A stretch of DNA of 56,954 bases from Pseudomonadales bacterium (GCA_965659815.1 CBFHXO010000006.1:1-56954), one strand, 5' to 3'. Shown: positions 40,836 through 53,633, numbered from the stretch's first letter. Numbers and translations are program-made. Notes: generated from the sequence alone by a model not told the origin.

Positions 40836-42161
40836 TTAGGACTTTTTCGGTGTTAAACGCATTTCAGCTGACCGCGCGTGCGCCGTTAGCGATTCACTGC
40901 GCGCCAACACCGATGCCAACTGCCCAATATCAGCCGCCGACTCCGCCGAACATTGAATCAGCGAGCTGCGTTTTTGAAAATCGTAAACACCCAGTGGCGA
41001 GGCAAATCGCGCAGTCGTTGAGGTGGGCAACACGTGATTGGGGCCGGCGCAATAATCGCCAAGCGCTTCGGGCGTATGCCGTCCTAAAAAAATCGCTCCC
41101 GCGTGTTTAATCGATGGCAGCCACTGCTGGGGATTATCGATCGATAGCTCCAAGTGTTCGGGGGCAATACGATTACTCACCTCAATGGCCTGATTCAAAT
41201 TATCGACCTGGATAAATGCGGCGCGATTACTAATAGAGGCCGCTATAATTTCACTGCGCTCAAGCGTAGGCAGCAACTGGTTCATACTGGTCGCCACCGC
41301 ATCTAAAAATTCAGCATCGGGAGAAATCAATAAGGCCTGAGCATCTTCATCGTGCTCGGCTTGCGAGAATAAATCCATCGCAATCCAGTCCGGGTCGGTT
41401 TTACCATCGCAAATCACCAGAATTTCGGATGGACCGGCAACCATATCAAGACCCACTTCACCGAACACCATTTTTTTCGCACAAGCGACAAAGCGATTAC
41501 CAGGGCCAACAATTTTATCGACCCGTGGAATCGATTCGGTACCATAGGCCAGCGCCGCAATAGCCTGTGCACCGCCAATACTATAAATCGTATCAACCCC
41601 AGCCACGGCGGCAGCGGCGAGCACCGTTTGGTTAATCTCACCAGCAGGCGACGGCGAAACCATAATTATTTTTTCAACACCAGCCACCTTTGCAGGAATC
41701 GCATTCATCAATACGCTGGACGGGTAAGCCGCTTTGCCACCAGGCACATAGATGCCGACTTTTTCCAATGCTGTGACTTGCTGCCCCAGCGTGGCGCCGC
41801 TTGCATCGGTAAATTGCCAGGAGTCCTGCTTTTGTCGAAGGTGAAAGTCTGCAATACGCTGGGCCGAGACTTCCAACGCAGTTCTTAAGTCGCTATCGAG
41901 TGACTCCAAGGCAGCCTGAATAGCCTCGCGCTCAATGGTTAAGTCTGCCATTGTATCCACACTGTAGCGGTCGAACCGCGCAGTGAATTCGACCAGCGAC
42001 TGGTCGCCGTTATTGCGCACCTGCAATAAAATATCGCGCACCGTTGTTTCAAACGCCGAGTCGGCCACTGCTGTCCATTGCGTAAGCTCAGCAAGCTCGT
42101 CAGCAAAGCCGGCCGCATTGGCCGACATTCGTCTGATCGCAAATAAAGCGGTATTAGACAT
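40836..42161 (-). CDS. hisD: Histidinol dehydrogenase
   Basis: [45 protein letters not shown]. Confidence 0.98.
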   Translation of the reverse strand: MSNTALFAIRRMSANAAGFADELAELTQWTAVADSAFETTVRDILLQVRNNGDQSLVEFTARFDRYSVDTMADLTIEREAIQAALESLDSDLRTALEVSAQRIADFHLRQKQDSWQFTDASGATLGQQVTALEKVGIYVPGGKAAYPSSVLMNAIPAKVAGVEKIIMVSPSPAGEINQTVLAAAAVAGVDTIYSIGGAQAIAALAYGTESIPRVDKIVGPGNRFVACAKKMVFGEVGLDMVAGPSEILVICDGKTDPDWIAMDLFSQAEHDEDAQALLISPDAEFLDAVATSMNQLLPTLERSEIIAASISNRAAFIQVDNLNQAIEVSNRIAPEHLELSIDNPQQWLPSIKHAGAIFLGRHTPEALGDYCAGPNHVLPTSTTARFASPLGVYDFQKRSSLIQCSAESAADIGQLASVLARSESLTAHARSAEMRLTPKKS

Positions 42162-42173
42162 AAAGGTACCCTG

Positions 42174-42797
42174 CTAGACCGCTGCGGCAATCGCATCGGC
42201 CAATTTTTTAAGCACCGCGTGCTTGACCTTCATTGACGCTTTATTAACAACCAGTCGCGAGCTGATATCGGCAATAAAATCGGCCTCGACCAGACCATTG
42301 GCTTGCAGTGTTTTACCGGTATCTACAATATCAACAATTTCATCAGCTAAACCCATAATCGGTGCCAACTCCATTCCACCGTACAGCTTAATAATATCCG
42401 CCTGCACGCCCTGCTCTGCATAAAAGTGCTGGGCAATATTGACGTACTTGGTGGCGACTTTTATACGCGACTGACTCGCGGGCGGATTGCGATCTTTTTG
42501 ATACGCAGTCATCATACGACAACGGGCAATACCTAAGTCCAGCAGCTCGTATAATTGCGCGCCACCGTCTTCCATTAGCATATCCTTACCCACCACACCC
42601 ATATCTGCCGTGCCATGACGAATATAAGTCAGCACATCAGCGCCGCGCAACACCAGCAGGCGAACCTCAGGATGATTGGTAGCAAAAACCAATTTACGAC
42701 TTTTGGAAATATCCTCTTCGGGCACAATGTCCGCTGCCGATAACAGCGGTAAGGTGTCTTTTAAAATTCGGCCCTTGGTGAGCGCAATAGTAATCAT
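42174..42797 (-). CDS. hisG: ATP phosphoribosyltransferase, short (HisZ-dependent) form
   Basis: [34 protein letters not shown]; 207 aa with no C-terminal regulatory domain. Confidence 0.97.
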   Translation of the reverse strand: MITIALTKGRILKDTLPLLSAADIVPEEDISKSRKLVFATNHPEVRLLVLRGADVLTYIRHGTADMGVVGKDMLMEDGGAQLYELLDLGIARCRMMTAYQKDRNPPASQSRIKVATKYVNIAQHFYAEQGVQADIIKLYGGMELAPIMGLADEIVDIVDTGKTLQANGLVEADFIADISSRLVVNKASMKVKHAVLKKLADAIAAAV

Positions 42798-42850
42798 GCC
42801 AGTGTCAACTTTGTTGAATTTAATTAATCAGTCATCTTTTTGCAGTCACG

Positions 42851-44128
<1,278 letters not shown>

Positions 44129-44240
44129 TTATTTTGTGTCTGCTAACTGGAAACCATTCACAGCCTATTGATTAAAACAATAGCTTGGCAAAAAATCGCC
44201 AATCCAACGACAATTATTTGGCTCAACGACTCGCTGAGCC

Positions 44241-44474
44241 TTACCCTGCCTGCCACTGTGATGGCGTTAATGCTCGAATATTCACTGCATGGATTTCACC
44301 TGAGGCAATTTTTTCATTCAGGCATTGATAGACGCGCTGCTGTTTTTTCACTGGCGTTAAACCTTCAAATTCGGCGCTAACAATAGTTAACGTACAGTGG
44401 TTACCAGCCATTTCAATATCTAGGTGCTCTACCGCGATCTGCGCGTGTATCAAACGGGAAATATCTTCTTGCAT
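44241..44474 (-). CDS. ibaG: BolA/IbaG family protein
   Basis: GNH..L.IVS.EFEGL..VK.QQ.VY..L...I.SG.IHA.....TP..W; upstream of murA. Confidence 0.9.
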   Translation of the reverse strand: MQEDISRLIHAQIAVEHLDIEMAGNHCTLTIVSAEFEGLTPVKKQQRVYQCLNEKIASGEIHAVNIRALTPSQWQAG

Positions 44475-44543
44475 AGTTGATCTCGATGCTCGTCTATCAA
44501 TTTATCGTTGTCGAATCCTGCCTCGGTGACAGACTTAGCGACT

Positions 44544-45359
44544 CTACTCGGTACGCGATCCTTCGCGCACTTCATTGCCGGATTCTTTGTTCGGTTCTAC
44601 ACTTTGCTCTGGCTCACTGGTATCACCACCGGCCACCACCCAGTTATCAATAACGCGATCGATATCACCGTTATAAACCTGATAGGCATTATCAAACTGG
44701 TTGCGATAAATTTTGCCCAGGTTAATCGACTCGACAACCATATTGCGTAGCTTCCATTGCTGTTGTTTATTTTGTCGCATCGAGTAATAAATTTCGTAGG
44801 GCGCTTCACGCTCGCCATAAATTAACTGCTTAACCGCCGCTTTGCCTGGTCGAACCTTTGCTTCTGGGTCGGCGGGTACAACTTCAATCCGTTCACCCTC
44901 AAACGCCAATAAACCCTTGCCGTAGGTTTGGATTAATGCATTTGAAAACACATCACTAAAGTGATCAATTTGCGCGTTCAGTTTTTCACGTCCGACCTCA
45001 TCAAGTGCCGCCATTTTTTTTGAGCTGGCATGCTTACCCATTACCGCGCGTGCAAATGAACGAAAGTCGATAAAAGGCCTTAACAAACCATCGAGCTCAG
45101 CAAAAAAACGCTGTTCATCTTCGTCAACATATTCCTGCGCGCGTTGAATCAGCGCTAACAAGTCAACCGTGATCGCTTCAACCACCTGGTGCGCCGATTG
45201 TTCCATCGTATCGTTACTTGCCACTACAGTTGTCGCGGCCACTGTCTCGGCATTTACCCTGCCCGCTAGCAATGCCAGCAGACAAATCAAATAACCAGCT
45301 GCCCAGTGTTTGGTAAAGCTATTGTTGTTGCTTGAAAGCTTATACATTGATGGCTCCAA
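44544..45359 (-). CDS. mlaC: Phospholipid-binding periplasmic protein MlaC/Ttg2D
   Basis: Signal peptide, P.IDF...AR.VMG, F...LI.TY, Y.MR....WK..N..VE.INLG..YRNQF. Confidence 0.88.
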   Translation of the reverse strand: MEPSMYKLSSNNNSFTKHWAAGYLICLLALLAGRVNAETVAATTVVASNDTMEQSAHQVVEAITVDLLALIQRAQEYVDEDEQRFFAELDGLLRPFIDFRSFARAVMGKHASSKKMAALDEVGREKLNAQIDHFSDVFSNALIQTYGKGLLAFEGERIEVVPADPEAKVRPGKAAVKQLIYGEREAPYEIYYSMRQNKQQQWKLRNMVVESINLGKIYRNQFDNAYQVYNGDIDRVIDNWVVAGGDTSEPEQSVEPNKESGNEVREGSRTE

Positions 45360-45852
45360 TACTTTATTACTTTGATGCTTCTAATACGGTTCTTACTTGA
45401 CTATTTATCTAATCGCAGCTGTTTTCTATTGGCGCTGGCTTTGAACGCTTACCAACTTAAAAAATCCGTTATGGTTGATTCACCTTAGGCCGCGGCAGTA
45501 CCACTGGCTGGCAAACTGGCAACGGATACAACACATCGAGACTGCAACAGATCGCGCGCTAAGCTTATTGAGCCCGCCGCAGCGCTGCTGTATAGTCGCG
45601 CTGCCCAATTGAATGTCACGTTTAATGTCGCGTGCGTGTGCCCTGTTCAAACAAAGCCGATTTGACGCGTTAATTTACCGGTTTTTCTAATGTTTTGGCT
45701 ACATGTGAAATAACAGATACCGGGTTATATCGTCAAAACCTCATGATCTCATGCCAAGGACTGGGATCACAAAGAGAAAATACCGGACAAATTAGCAGTA
45801 TATTTGAGACACGATAAGCGATCAGCCAGCAAAACAACCATAAATCGACTTT

Positions 45853-46899
45853 ATGCCCATACCAATCATTGCTTCACTTACCTTTATTTTTGGTTTACTC
45901 GGATTGATCTGGAGCGCCAACCTGTTCGTGAGCGGCAGCGCATCAATGGCAAAACACCTGGGCATGACGCCCACGATGATAGGCCTCACCATTGTTGCCT
46001 TTGGCACCTCCGCACCCGAAATGATTGTATCAGCCGGGGCGGCTTTAGATGGCATTCCCAATCTAGGCATTGGTAATGCCATCGGCTCTAATATCGCCAA
46101 TATCGGTCTGGTACTAGGCGTCACTGCGCTAATCGCCCGAATCCCGGTCAATAATAGCCATCTACGCCTCGAGATCCCGCTATTACTGGGCGCAACACTG
46201 CTTGCAATACTGTTTTTATGGGACTTGCAGCTAACCCGAGTCGAAGGCCTACTATTACTGGTCGCCATGTTTGGCGTAGCCATAATACTGATAATTCATT
46301 CGCGCAATAGCAGCGACAACGACCCTTTTGCCGATCAAACCGAAGAGGAGATCCCAGACCTGAGTGGGCTAACATCGTTTATCTGGCTGCTTGGCGGCTT
46401 GATTGCGCTGCTGGTTTTCGCCGATTTACTGGTCTGGTCGGCATCCGCTCTGGCCGAACATATTGGCGTCAGCCCAATGATTATTGGTCTGACCGTGGTC
46501 GCACTGGGCACCAGCTTACCGGAGCTTGCAGCATCAATTACCAGCATACTTAAGGGACATCACGATATCGCTTTGGGCAATATTATTGGCTCAAATATGC
46601 TCAATATTCTTGCCGTTATGGCTTTACCAGGCATTATCGCCCCCTCCAAGCTCGACACGGCGGTATTACATCGCGACCTACCAACCATGGCGCTACTCAC
46701 CGTTGCGTTGGCATTCATTATGTGGATTAAAGTCCGTGCCAGCAAAACCCGCCCCGGCCAAGACTCGCCGGGAACAACGACTGTGCCAAGCAGCGGCCAG
46801 CAAGGCCCATCCATCGGCCTGCCTACCGGCGTGCTTTTTCTTGGCTGCTACATTGCCTATTACGCAGTGATTATTATTTCTACAACAACTTTAACCTAG
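45853..46899 (+). CDS. yrbG: Calcium/sodium antiporter (YrbG family)
   Basis: Two alpha repeats, GTSAPE...GSNIANI and GTSLPE...GSNMLNI; upstream of kdsD. Confidence 0.93.
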   Translation: MPIPIIASLTFIFGLLGLIWSANLFVSGSASMAKHLGMTPTMIGLTIVAFGTSAPEMIVSAGAALDGIPNLGIGNAIGSNIANIGLVLGVTALIARIPVNNSHLRLEIPLLLGATLLAILFLWDLQLTRVEGLLLLVAMFGVAIILIIHSRNSSDNDPFADQTEEEIPDLSGLTSFIWLLGGLIALLVFADLLVWSASALAEHIGVSPMIIGLTVVALGTSLPELAASITSILKGHHDIALGNIIGSNMLNILAVMALPGIIAPSKLDTAVLHRDLPTMALLTVALAFIMWIKVRASKTRPGQDSPGTTTVPSSGQQGPSIGLPTGVLFLGCYIAYYAVIIISTTTLT

Positions 46900-47074
46900 C
46901 TAAAGTTGTTTATCACCGCAGACCGGGTGAATCGCAATCGCTTAAAAGGCTACTTAATCACAAGTAAAATAGCGCCAAGCGAATTAAACTAGCAGACTGA
47001 TGAAACAAGAAACGGCCCAACTCACCCGTTGCCGCTATTGCAGATTGTCTATTGCCATTCAAAAACAGGATCAA

Positions 47075-48037
47075 ATGAGCAAAATTTCTTTTATCGAAGC
47101 TGGCAAGCGCACCGTCAAACTGGAACAAGCCGCGATTGAGGCGCTTGGCAGCCGTATAGACCAGGACTTTCATCGCGCCTGCGCCCGATTGCTCGACTGT
47201 GACGGTCGGGTCGTGGTCACCGGCATAGGTAAGTCCGGACATATCGCCAACAAAATTGCCGCCACGCTGGCAAGCACTGGAACCCCAGCTTTTTTTATGC
47301 ATCCTGGCGAAGCTAGCCATGGCGACCTAGGTATGTTAACCAGTAACGACGAGGTTATTGCGCTATCTGGCTCAGGCAGTACTCAAGAAGTTATCACGCT
47401 AATCCCTCTGATCAAACGTATTGGAGCAGGCTTAATCGCATTTACCGGCAACGCCCAATCGGTACTTGGCCAAGCCGCCGATATTCATCTCGATGTATCA
47501 GTCGCACAAGAGGCCTGCCCGCTGGGACTTGCCCCGACAGCAAGCACAACGGCGGCACTGGTAATGGGCGATGCACTGGCCGTAGCGCTGCTAGAAGCGC
47601 GTGGTTTTAGCGCCGAAGATTTTGCCTTTTCGCATCCTGGTGGCGCCCTGGGAAAACGCTTACTGCTTAAAGTCAGCGATGTGATGGAGCGTAATTTCCC
47701 TAAAGTCAGGCCGCAAACCACCATTAGCGAAGCGTTAATGGAAATTACCCAAAAAGGTTTGGGTATGACCACCATTATTGCCAACGATGGCAGCTTGGCT
47801 GGCATTTTTACCGATGGCGATTTACGACGCGCACTCGATACCCGTCATGACCTCCACAACACTGCCATTGCCGACTTAATGACGCGACAATGTAAAACTG
47901 TCACCGCCGATATGCTGGCCGCGCAGGCGCTAAAAATTTTAGAAGACAATAGTATCTCGGCGCTGGTGGTTATTGACCAGGACAAACCCTGCGCAGTGCT
48001 TCACCTGCACACATTAATAAAGGCAGGACTCGCATGA
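47075..48037 (+). CDS. kdsD: Arabinose-5-phosphate isomerase (SIS plus two CBS domains)
   Basis: GIGKSGHIA.K, HPGEASHGDLG, EACPLGLAPT.STT, HPGG.LG, GIFTDGDLRR. ATG 47075 follows AGGA. Confidence 0.97.
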   Translation: MSKISFIEAGKRTVKLEQAAIEALGSRIDQDFHRACARLLDCDGRVVVTGIGKSGHIANKIAATLASTGTPAFFMHPGEASHGDLGMLTSNDEVIALSGSGSTQEVITLIPLIKRIGAGLIAFTGNAQSVLGQAADIHLDVSVAQEACPLGLAPTASTTAALVMGDALAVALLEARGFSAEDFAFSHPGGALGKRLLLKVSDVMERNFPKVRPQTTISEALMEITQKGLGMTTIIANDGSLAGIFTDGDLRRALDTRHDLHNTAIADLMTRQCKTVTADMLAAQALKILEDNSISALVVIDQDKPCAVLHLHTLIKAGLA

Positions 48038-48606
48038 ACATCGATTCTATAGCGGCCGGATTGCTGGCCGGGCTAGATAAGCCGCAGCTTGAAAGGCTTC
48101 GGCAAATCCGCTTGCTAGCACTGGATGTCGATGGTGTGCTCAGTGATGGTAAACTGTATTACGGTAATAATGGCGAAGAGTTAAAATGCTTTAGCATACT
48201 CGATGGGCTGGGTATCAAACTGCTGCAAGACAGCGGTATTACGGTTGCAATTATTACTGGCCGCAGCTCCAATATTGTTGCTAGACGCGCACAAGAACTG
48301 GGCATTAAGCACCTAATACAAGGCCGTGAAGACAAAGCCATTGCACTGGCCGAGCTGCTGGATATAACCGGTGTCGGATTACAGCAAACCGCGTATATGG
48401 GCGACGACCTACCCGATCTTAGTGCGATTATTCTAAGTGGCTTTGGCGCTACGGTGGTTAATGGTCACGCGGTAGTAAAACAATATGCCGACTGGGTTTC
48501 GAGTTGCCGCGGCGGCGAAGGCGCTGTTCGCGAGCTGGCCGATGTATTGCTGGCTGCCAATGGTAAGCTCACTCAAAGCATCGAAGCATTTGTACCTGGT
48601 AGCTAA
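48034..48606 (+). CDS. kdsC: KDO 8-phosphate phosphatase (HAD)
   Basis: LDVDGVLSDG, DGLGI, ITGR, GDDLPD, GG.GAVRE. Confidence 0.95.
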   Translation: MNIDSIAAGLLAGLDKPQLERLRQIRLLALDVDGVLSDGKLYYGNNGEELKCFSILDGLGIKLLQDSGITVAIITGRSSNIVARRAQELGIKHLIQGREDKAIALAELLDITGVGLQQTAYMGDDLPDLSAIILSGFGATVVNGHAVVKQYADWVSSCRGGEGAVRELADVLLAANGKLTQSIEAFVPGS

Positions 48607-48648
48607 TAAACCGGTGTTATCAAGCATTCGATACAAACGGTTAGCACT

Positions 48649-49446
48649 ATGAGCCCAAAAACGCGCAGAAAACGCACCAGAAATATTCTAACGCTGGCAA
48701 TTAGCTGCGCTATATTGACCTGGTATCTGATTGGCGTGGGGCTGGATAACTACCTGCCAAGCCTAAGCATTGAGACCAGTTTTGTTAACAATACACCCGA
48801 CAATAGCAGCACAGGCTTAACCGTGCGCCGCTTTGATAAAACCGGCCAGCTGCAATATACGCTTCGCGCCAGGCAGGCCGACTACTTTATTGCCAATGCA
48901 AATACCGATAACATAGCGAGTCATGCTTCAGCCCTACAGCCCTGGGAAACAGCGCGGCCACACGACGACCTTATTGACATCCATATTATCGATAGCCATA
49001 ACGACCAAATGCTAATGGAAGATTTTGACAACACTATCGATAATATTATGGACAGCGCTGTCGAGGATGACACGGGCAGCGACAACAACTCGGCGAACCA
49101 ACGATATAATTATAACAAGGATTTTTTACGCTTAATGCAACCGCGTATAGCCGCCTATAACCAAGGGGTTAAGAGTACGCTACTCAATGCCAAACTGGCT
49201 TACCTGGTTGATAACGGCGATACCGCGGAACTAATTGGCGACGTGCAAGTCCATGACCTCGACGCCTTTACCCAGCTCAACACCCGAACCCTGACACTGA
49301 ACATGGCATTGCAGCAAATATTGACCCAAAACGCGGTGACTATTCAAACAGAGACTACCATGACCCATGCCACCGGACTGCAGGGCAATCTCACCGACCA
49401 ACGCTGGCAATTGTTGTCGGAGGTAAGAAGTGTTATTCAGCCTTAA
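48649..49446 (+). CDS. lptC: LPS export protein LptC with a long acidic insertion
   Basis: N-terminal TM; FD..GQL.Y.L.A, L.G.V, L.T..L, T...VTI, A.GL.G.L....L...V; between kdsC and lptA. Confidence 0.82.
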   Translation: MSPKTRRKRTRNILTLAISCAILTWYLIGVGLDNYLPSLSIETSFVNNTPDNSSTGLTVRRFDKTGQLQYTLRARQADYFIANANTDNIASHASALQPWETARPHDDLIDIHIIDSHNDQMLMEDFDNTIDNIMDSAVEDDTGSDNNSANQRYNYNKDFLRLMQPRIAAYNQGVKSTLLNAKLAYLVDNGDTAELIGDVQVHDLDAFTQLNTRTLTLNMALQQILTQNAVTIQTETTMTHATGLQGNLTDQRWQLLSEVRSVIQP

Positions 49447-50128
49447 GTTGATCGCAAAGCTATTATTGCTTGCACTTGTATTGCTTGGACTTGGGGCAGG
49501 CCCAGCTTTGGCACTGAATGGTGATAGCGAAAACACCGCGAATAACGGAGACAACCGTTCGGCCAATGCAAACGCATTTCGCGCACCCATCAGTATTGCC
49601 GCCGATAGCGCTGAGCAAAATGAAAAAAAGGGAGTGACCATTTATCGGGGTAATGTCGCGATTGAGCAAGGCACGCTGACCATTAACGCCGACACGGTCA
49701 CCATTGAGACCGTCGATATAGAAAACCGGAGTAACGTTGATAATGCAAACTCTGTATCGACTGACAGTGTGTCACGCACAGTAACAACCATTGTCGCCAG
49801 CGGCTTACCCGCACGCTTCAGCCAAATATCTGAAGGGCAAATCACAACAATTAATGCCAAAGGCAATACCATTCGCTACGCTGTTGACTCCGGCATTATC
49901 CAACTCGAAGAAAATGCCTCGATAGACAAGCTCGGCTCTAAAGTTTCGGGTGAAAAAATCGAGTACTTTATTAACGAAGAGCTGGTCAAAGCCCAGGCTG
50001 ACCCCAACGATAAAAACACCCGCGTGCACACGGTGATTATTCCCGGTTCGAACGCAAGCTTCCAAACCCAGGTGGCCTCCCCAACAGCGCCAGCAGCACA
50101 AACGGATACTGACACCCCTACCCAATGA
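49430..50128 (+). CDS. lptA: LPS transport periplasmic protein LptA
   Basis: Signal peptide, PISI.AD, Y.GNV.I.QG...I.AD, A.G.PA.F.Q, G..I.Y, RV..VI.P. Start uncertain. Confidence 0.92.
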   Translation: MLFSLKLIAKLLLLALVLLGLGAGPALALNGDSENTANNGDNRSANANAFRAPISIAADSAEQNEKKGVTIYRGNVAIEQGTLTINADTVTIETVDIENRSNVDNANSVSTDSVSRTVTTIVASGLPARFSQISEGQITTINAKGNTIRYAVDSGIIQLEENASIDKLGSKVSGEKIEYFINEELVKAQADPNDKNTRVHTVIIPGSNASFQTQVASPTAPAAQTDTDTPTQ

Positions 50129-50850
50129 GCAAACTCGTGGCCAGCAGGCTGGCAAAAAGCTATCGCCAGCGACAAGTGATTGTCGATGTCTCTATCGAAG
50201 TCGATAGCGGCCAAGTGGTTGGCTTGCTTGGCCCCAATGGCGCGGGCAAGACCACCTGTTTTTATATGATTGCAGGCATTGTTAAAGCTGACCAAGGCAA
50301 GATCACCATAAATGATACCGATATCACGCACAAAGCAGTGCACCAGCGCGCCAGGCTGGGGCTGGGCTACCTGCCACAAGAAGCGTCAATTTTTCGCAAG
50401 CTCAGCGTGGCAGACAATATTTTAGCTATTCTCGAAACCCGCCCCGGCCTCAAACGGGCCGACCGCATCACCAGGCGCGACTCGCTGCTCAAAGAGTTTA
50501 ATATCGAGCATATTCGTGACAGTATGGGTATGGCCCTGTCGGGCGGTGAGCGACGGCGGGTTGAAATCGCGCGTGCACTGGCTAGTGACCCGGCATTTAT
50601 GTTGCTCGATGAACCCTTTGCCGGTGTCGACCCTATATCGGTGAGTGATATTAAAAGCGTTATTGAGCAGCTAAAAAACCGTGGTATTGGCGTTTTAATT
50701 ACCGACCACAATGTGCGCGAAACCCTAGATATTTGCGAGCATGCGTACATTGTCGGTGAAGGCCAGATTATTGCCGCTGGCGATACCCACGATATCCTGA
50801 GTAACCAGAAAGTCCGTGATACCTACCTGGGCCACCAGTTTCAAATTTAA
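50125..50850 (+). CDS. lptB: LPS export ABC transporter ATPase
   Basis: [52 protein letters not shown]. Confidence 0.99.
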   Translation: MSKLVASRLAKSYRQRQVIVDVSIEVDSGQVVGLLGPNGAGKTTCFYMIAGIVKADQGKITINDTDITHKAVHQRARLGLGYLPQEASIFRKLSVADNILAILETRPGLKRADRITRRDSLLKEFNIEHIRDSMGMALSGGERRRVEIARALASDPAFMLLDEPFAGVDPISVSDIKSVIEQLKNRGIGVLITDHNVRETLDICEHAYIVGEGQIIAAGDTHDILSNQKVRDTYLGHQFQI

Positions 50851-50969
50851 GCCGCCTACTTATCATTAACCACTGTCATCAAAACCATAGGTGATATTTG
50901 CACCTGACCTCGAACAAAATCTAACCGCATAGAGACAATATCCGTAAAAAAGTCAAGTTTTTTATATTT

Positions 50970-51009
50970 TGGCATCAGTCTTGCTTTGTAGGCATCACAG
51001 GGCTACACT
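50970..51009 (+). promoter_or_regulatory. Sigma54 -24/-12 site overlapping a sigma70 promoter upstream of rpoN
   Basis: TGGCA-TCAGTC-TTGCT at 50970-50985 (GG-N10-GC). -35 TTGCTT at 50981-50986, 17 bp, -10 TACACT at 51004-51009. Confidence 0.75.
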
Positions 51010-51095
51010 TCCAAATTGATGCAGAGACAACATAGTCATCCTGCGGGCGCCATTAAGCAACCGCTCAACCAAGAATACACCAGCAAAAAGAGCTT

Positions 51096-52709
51096 ATGAA
51101 ACAATCGCTTCAGCTAAAAATGGGTCAGCATCTGACAATGACCCCACAGCTCCAGCAAGCGATTCGACTGTTGCAACTTTCAACCCTCGACCTGCAGCAG
51201 GAAATACAGGAAATCGTCGATTCCAACCCCATGCTGGAGGTCTCAGACGAAAATGACACTACTGCGGCCAATGAAGATGGTAGTACAAGTGATAATGGCA
51301 GCGATGCTAGCAACGAATCCGATTTTGACCAGAATACAGCCAAGGGCTCGACAGCAGATGAATTCAATGCAGACGGTATTGAAAGCGAGGTAGGTAGCCT
51401 GTCGCAAAGCGAGACCTTTGACGCCGCCCATCAATCAACCGAACTGACCAATGCCGACGATACCAGCACCAGCGACGACTCCGACTGGCAAGACAATATT
51501 CCCGAAGACGTACCGATTGACAGCAAATGGGATGATATCTACCTCGGCAGTACCTCAGGCACCAGCAACCAAAATGCCGACTTTAATGAATTCAACGACC
51601 TGGATAGCCGCAATTCCGAGGCCGAATCCCTGACCAATCACTTAATGTGGCAGCTGAACCTGACACCCATGAGCGACACCGACCAGCTAATTGCCACAGC
51701 GATTATTGACGCGCTTGAGCCCAGCGGCATGCTCGGTGTAACACCCGAAGATCTGCTCGAGTGCTTTGACCCCGAATTAGATATCGAACTGGACGAAATC
51801 GAGGCCGTGCGGCATCGGCTCCAACAATTCGACCCACTGGGCGTTGCCAGCCTCGACCTGACCGACTGCCTAATGGTGCAATTAGCCCAATTGCCAGCAC
51901 AAACGCCCTGGCGCGAGCAGGCGGCACAAATTATCAATCGCCACCTGCCTCTACTGGCATCACGCGACTTTACCCAACTGATTCGGCGCACCCGACTTAA
52001 AGAACCTGAGCTTGCCGAAGTTATTGCATTAATCCGCAGTCTTAACCCGCAACCCGGCGACGCTTTTCAAAGCAATGCGGCTGAATACGTGGTACCCGAT
52101 GTCTATGTGCGCAAAGAAAACGGCCGCTGGCTGGTAGAACTCAACCCCGATATCGCACCGAAAATTCGGATCAACTCCGAATACGCTTCACTGGTTAAGC
52201 GCGCCGATAGCAGTTCAGACAACACCTATTTGCGCGACAACTTGCAAGAGGCCAAATGGTTTTTAAAAAGCCTGCACAGTCGCAACGAAACCTTACTGAA
52301 AGTTGCCACCCGTATCGTCAACCACCAACGCGGCTTTCTAGAGCATGGTGAAGAGGCCATGAAGCCACTAGTCTTACACGATATTGCTAAAGACGTAGAA
52401 ATGCATGAGTCCACCGTTTCGCGCGTCACAACGCAAAAATATATGCATACACCGCGTGGCATTTTTGAATTGAAATACTTTTTCTCCAGTCACGTTGCAA
52501 CAGCCGAAGGTGGCGAGTGTTCATCAACCGCCATTCGCGCCATAATTAAAAAGTTAGTTGCAGCAGAAAATACCCGCAAGCCGCTGAGCGATAATAAAAT
52601 CGCCTCCTTGCTCGACAATCAGGGCATTAAGGTCGCCAGGCGAACAGTTGCCAAGTACCGTGAATCAATGTCAATACCACCATCAAACGAACGTAAAAAG
52701 CTCGCCTAA
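51096..52709 (+). CDS. rpoN: RNA polymerase sigma-54 factor
   Basis: [15 protein letters not shown], acidic region II, HESTVSR, RpoN box [10 protein letters not shown]. Confidence 0.99.
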   Translation: MKQSLQLKMGQHLTMTPQLQQAIRLLQLSTLDLQQEIQEIVDSNPMLEVSDENDTTAANEDGSTSDNGSDASNESDFDQNTAKGSTADEFNADGIESEVGSLSQSETFDAAHQSTELTNADDTSTSDDSDWQDNIPEDVPIDSKWDDIYLGSTSGTSNQNADFNEFNDLDSRNSEAESLTNHLMWQLNLTPMSDTDQLIATAIIDALEPSGMLGVTPEDLLECFDPELDIELDEIEAVRHRLQQFDPLGVASLDLTDCLMVQLAQLPAQTPWREQAAQIINRHLPLLASRDFTQLIRRTRLKEPELAEVIALIRSLNPQPGDAFQSNAAEYVVPDVYVRKENGRWLVELNPDIAPKIRINSEYASLVKRADSSSDNTYLRDNLQEAKWFLKSLHSRNETLLKVATRIVNHQRGFLEHGEEAMKPLVLHDIAKDVEMHESTVSRVTTQKYMHTPRGIFELKYFFSSHVATAEGGECSSTAIRAIIKKLVAAENTRKPLSDNKIASLLDNQGIKVARRTVAKYRESMSIPPSNERKKLA

Positions 52710-52720
52710 ACGGGCTTTTT
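52695..52720 (+). terminator. Intrinsic terminator overlapping the rpoN stop codon
   Basis: aaaaagctcg-cctaaa-cgggcttttt; the stem has one G-U pair and ends in a T run. Confidence 0.6.
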
Positions 52721-53264
52721 AGGACTCAAGCGACAAGCCATAGCGCCGCGTAAAACCAGCGCCGGTGAATATATACGCCGTGCCATATAACGTCATGTTA
52801 ATAAAAAAACCCGCCGGTATGAAAAAGCCTTCACACTAGCAACACAGAATCGACAGTTCGGGCTTGGATTGCGGGCCAATATAGGATACTCTTTTAATGA
52901 ATAAAGGAGATTTCCAATTAACAACCCTATCAGTTTCATGGCTGTTAGCTCTTTAACTACTAGCCTTAAAATCCTTCTAACAACTAGGGTTTTTACAGTA
53001 GTTTCAGGCGCTTTAAGCGCTATCTTTTCGATCAAGTCACTATCTTACCGCTTCGCTTTAATTTGCAATCTTTGGTTTACACATCGCGCGATATCGCCGC
53101 TGCTGTTCTTTACATTTGCAAGTGCCACTATTTATGTAACCCATGGTCTACCCGAATGGCTTGTATGATTAATGATTACAGCAGCATGTTATTCACCGCT
53201 ACGATAGGAACACGCCATCGCAGCCAAGCTCACCCCCTCACAAGCTACACTTCAGGAGTTGTCT

Positions 53265-53630
53265 ATGCGCATTAATGTCAGTGGTCACCATGTTGAAGTT
53301 ACCGACCCGCTTCGCGAATACGTTCTGAGCAAATTCAGTCGGCTCGAACGACACTTCGATCAAATTACCAATATCGACGTCACCTTAATTGTTGAAAAAC
53401 TGGTTCAAAAAGCCGAGGCGTCGGTACACGTTTCGGGCGCAGATTTATTTGCCAACGCCCAGGATCAGGATATGTACGCCGCTATTGATGGCCTGGCAGA
53501 CAAACTTGACCGGCAGATAATTAAGCACAAAGAAAAAGCCCACGGTAAACATCACCGCCAAAGCCTTAAACAGCACTCCGCCAATGACGAGCTTGATATC
53601 AATCAATCGGCCGAGCAATCTGACGGTTAA
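53265..53630 (+). CDS. hpf: Ribosome hibernation promoting factor
   Basis: MRINVSGHHVEVT..LREYV..K..RLERHFD, DMYAAID.L.DKL.RQ..KHKEK; AGGAG RBS. Confidence 0.96.
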   Translation: MRINVSGHHVEVTDPLREYVLSKFSRLERHFDQITNIDVTLIVEKLVQKAEASVHVSGADLFANAQDQDMYAAIDGLADKLDRQIIKHKEKAHGKHHRQSLKQHSANDELDINQSAEQSDG

Positions 53631-53633
53631 ACT

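Noticed and set aside
42174-42797. hisG looks truncated
   Set aside because: The short HisZ-dependent form is normal in this group; not a pseudogene.
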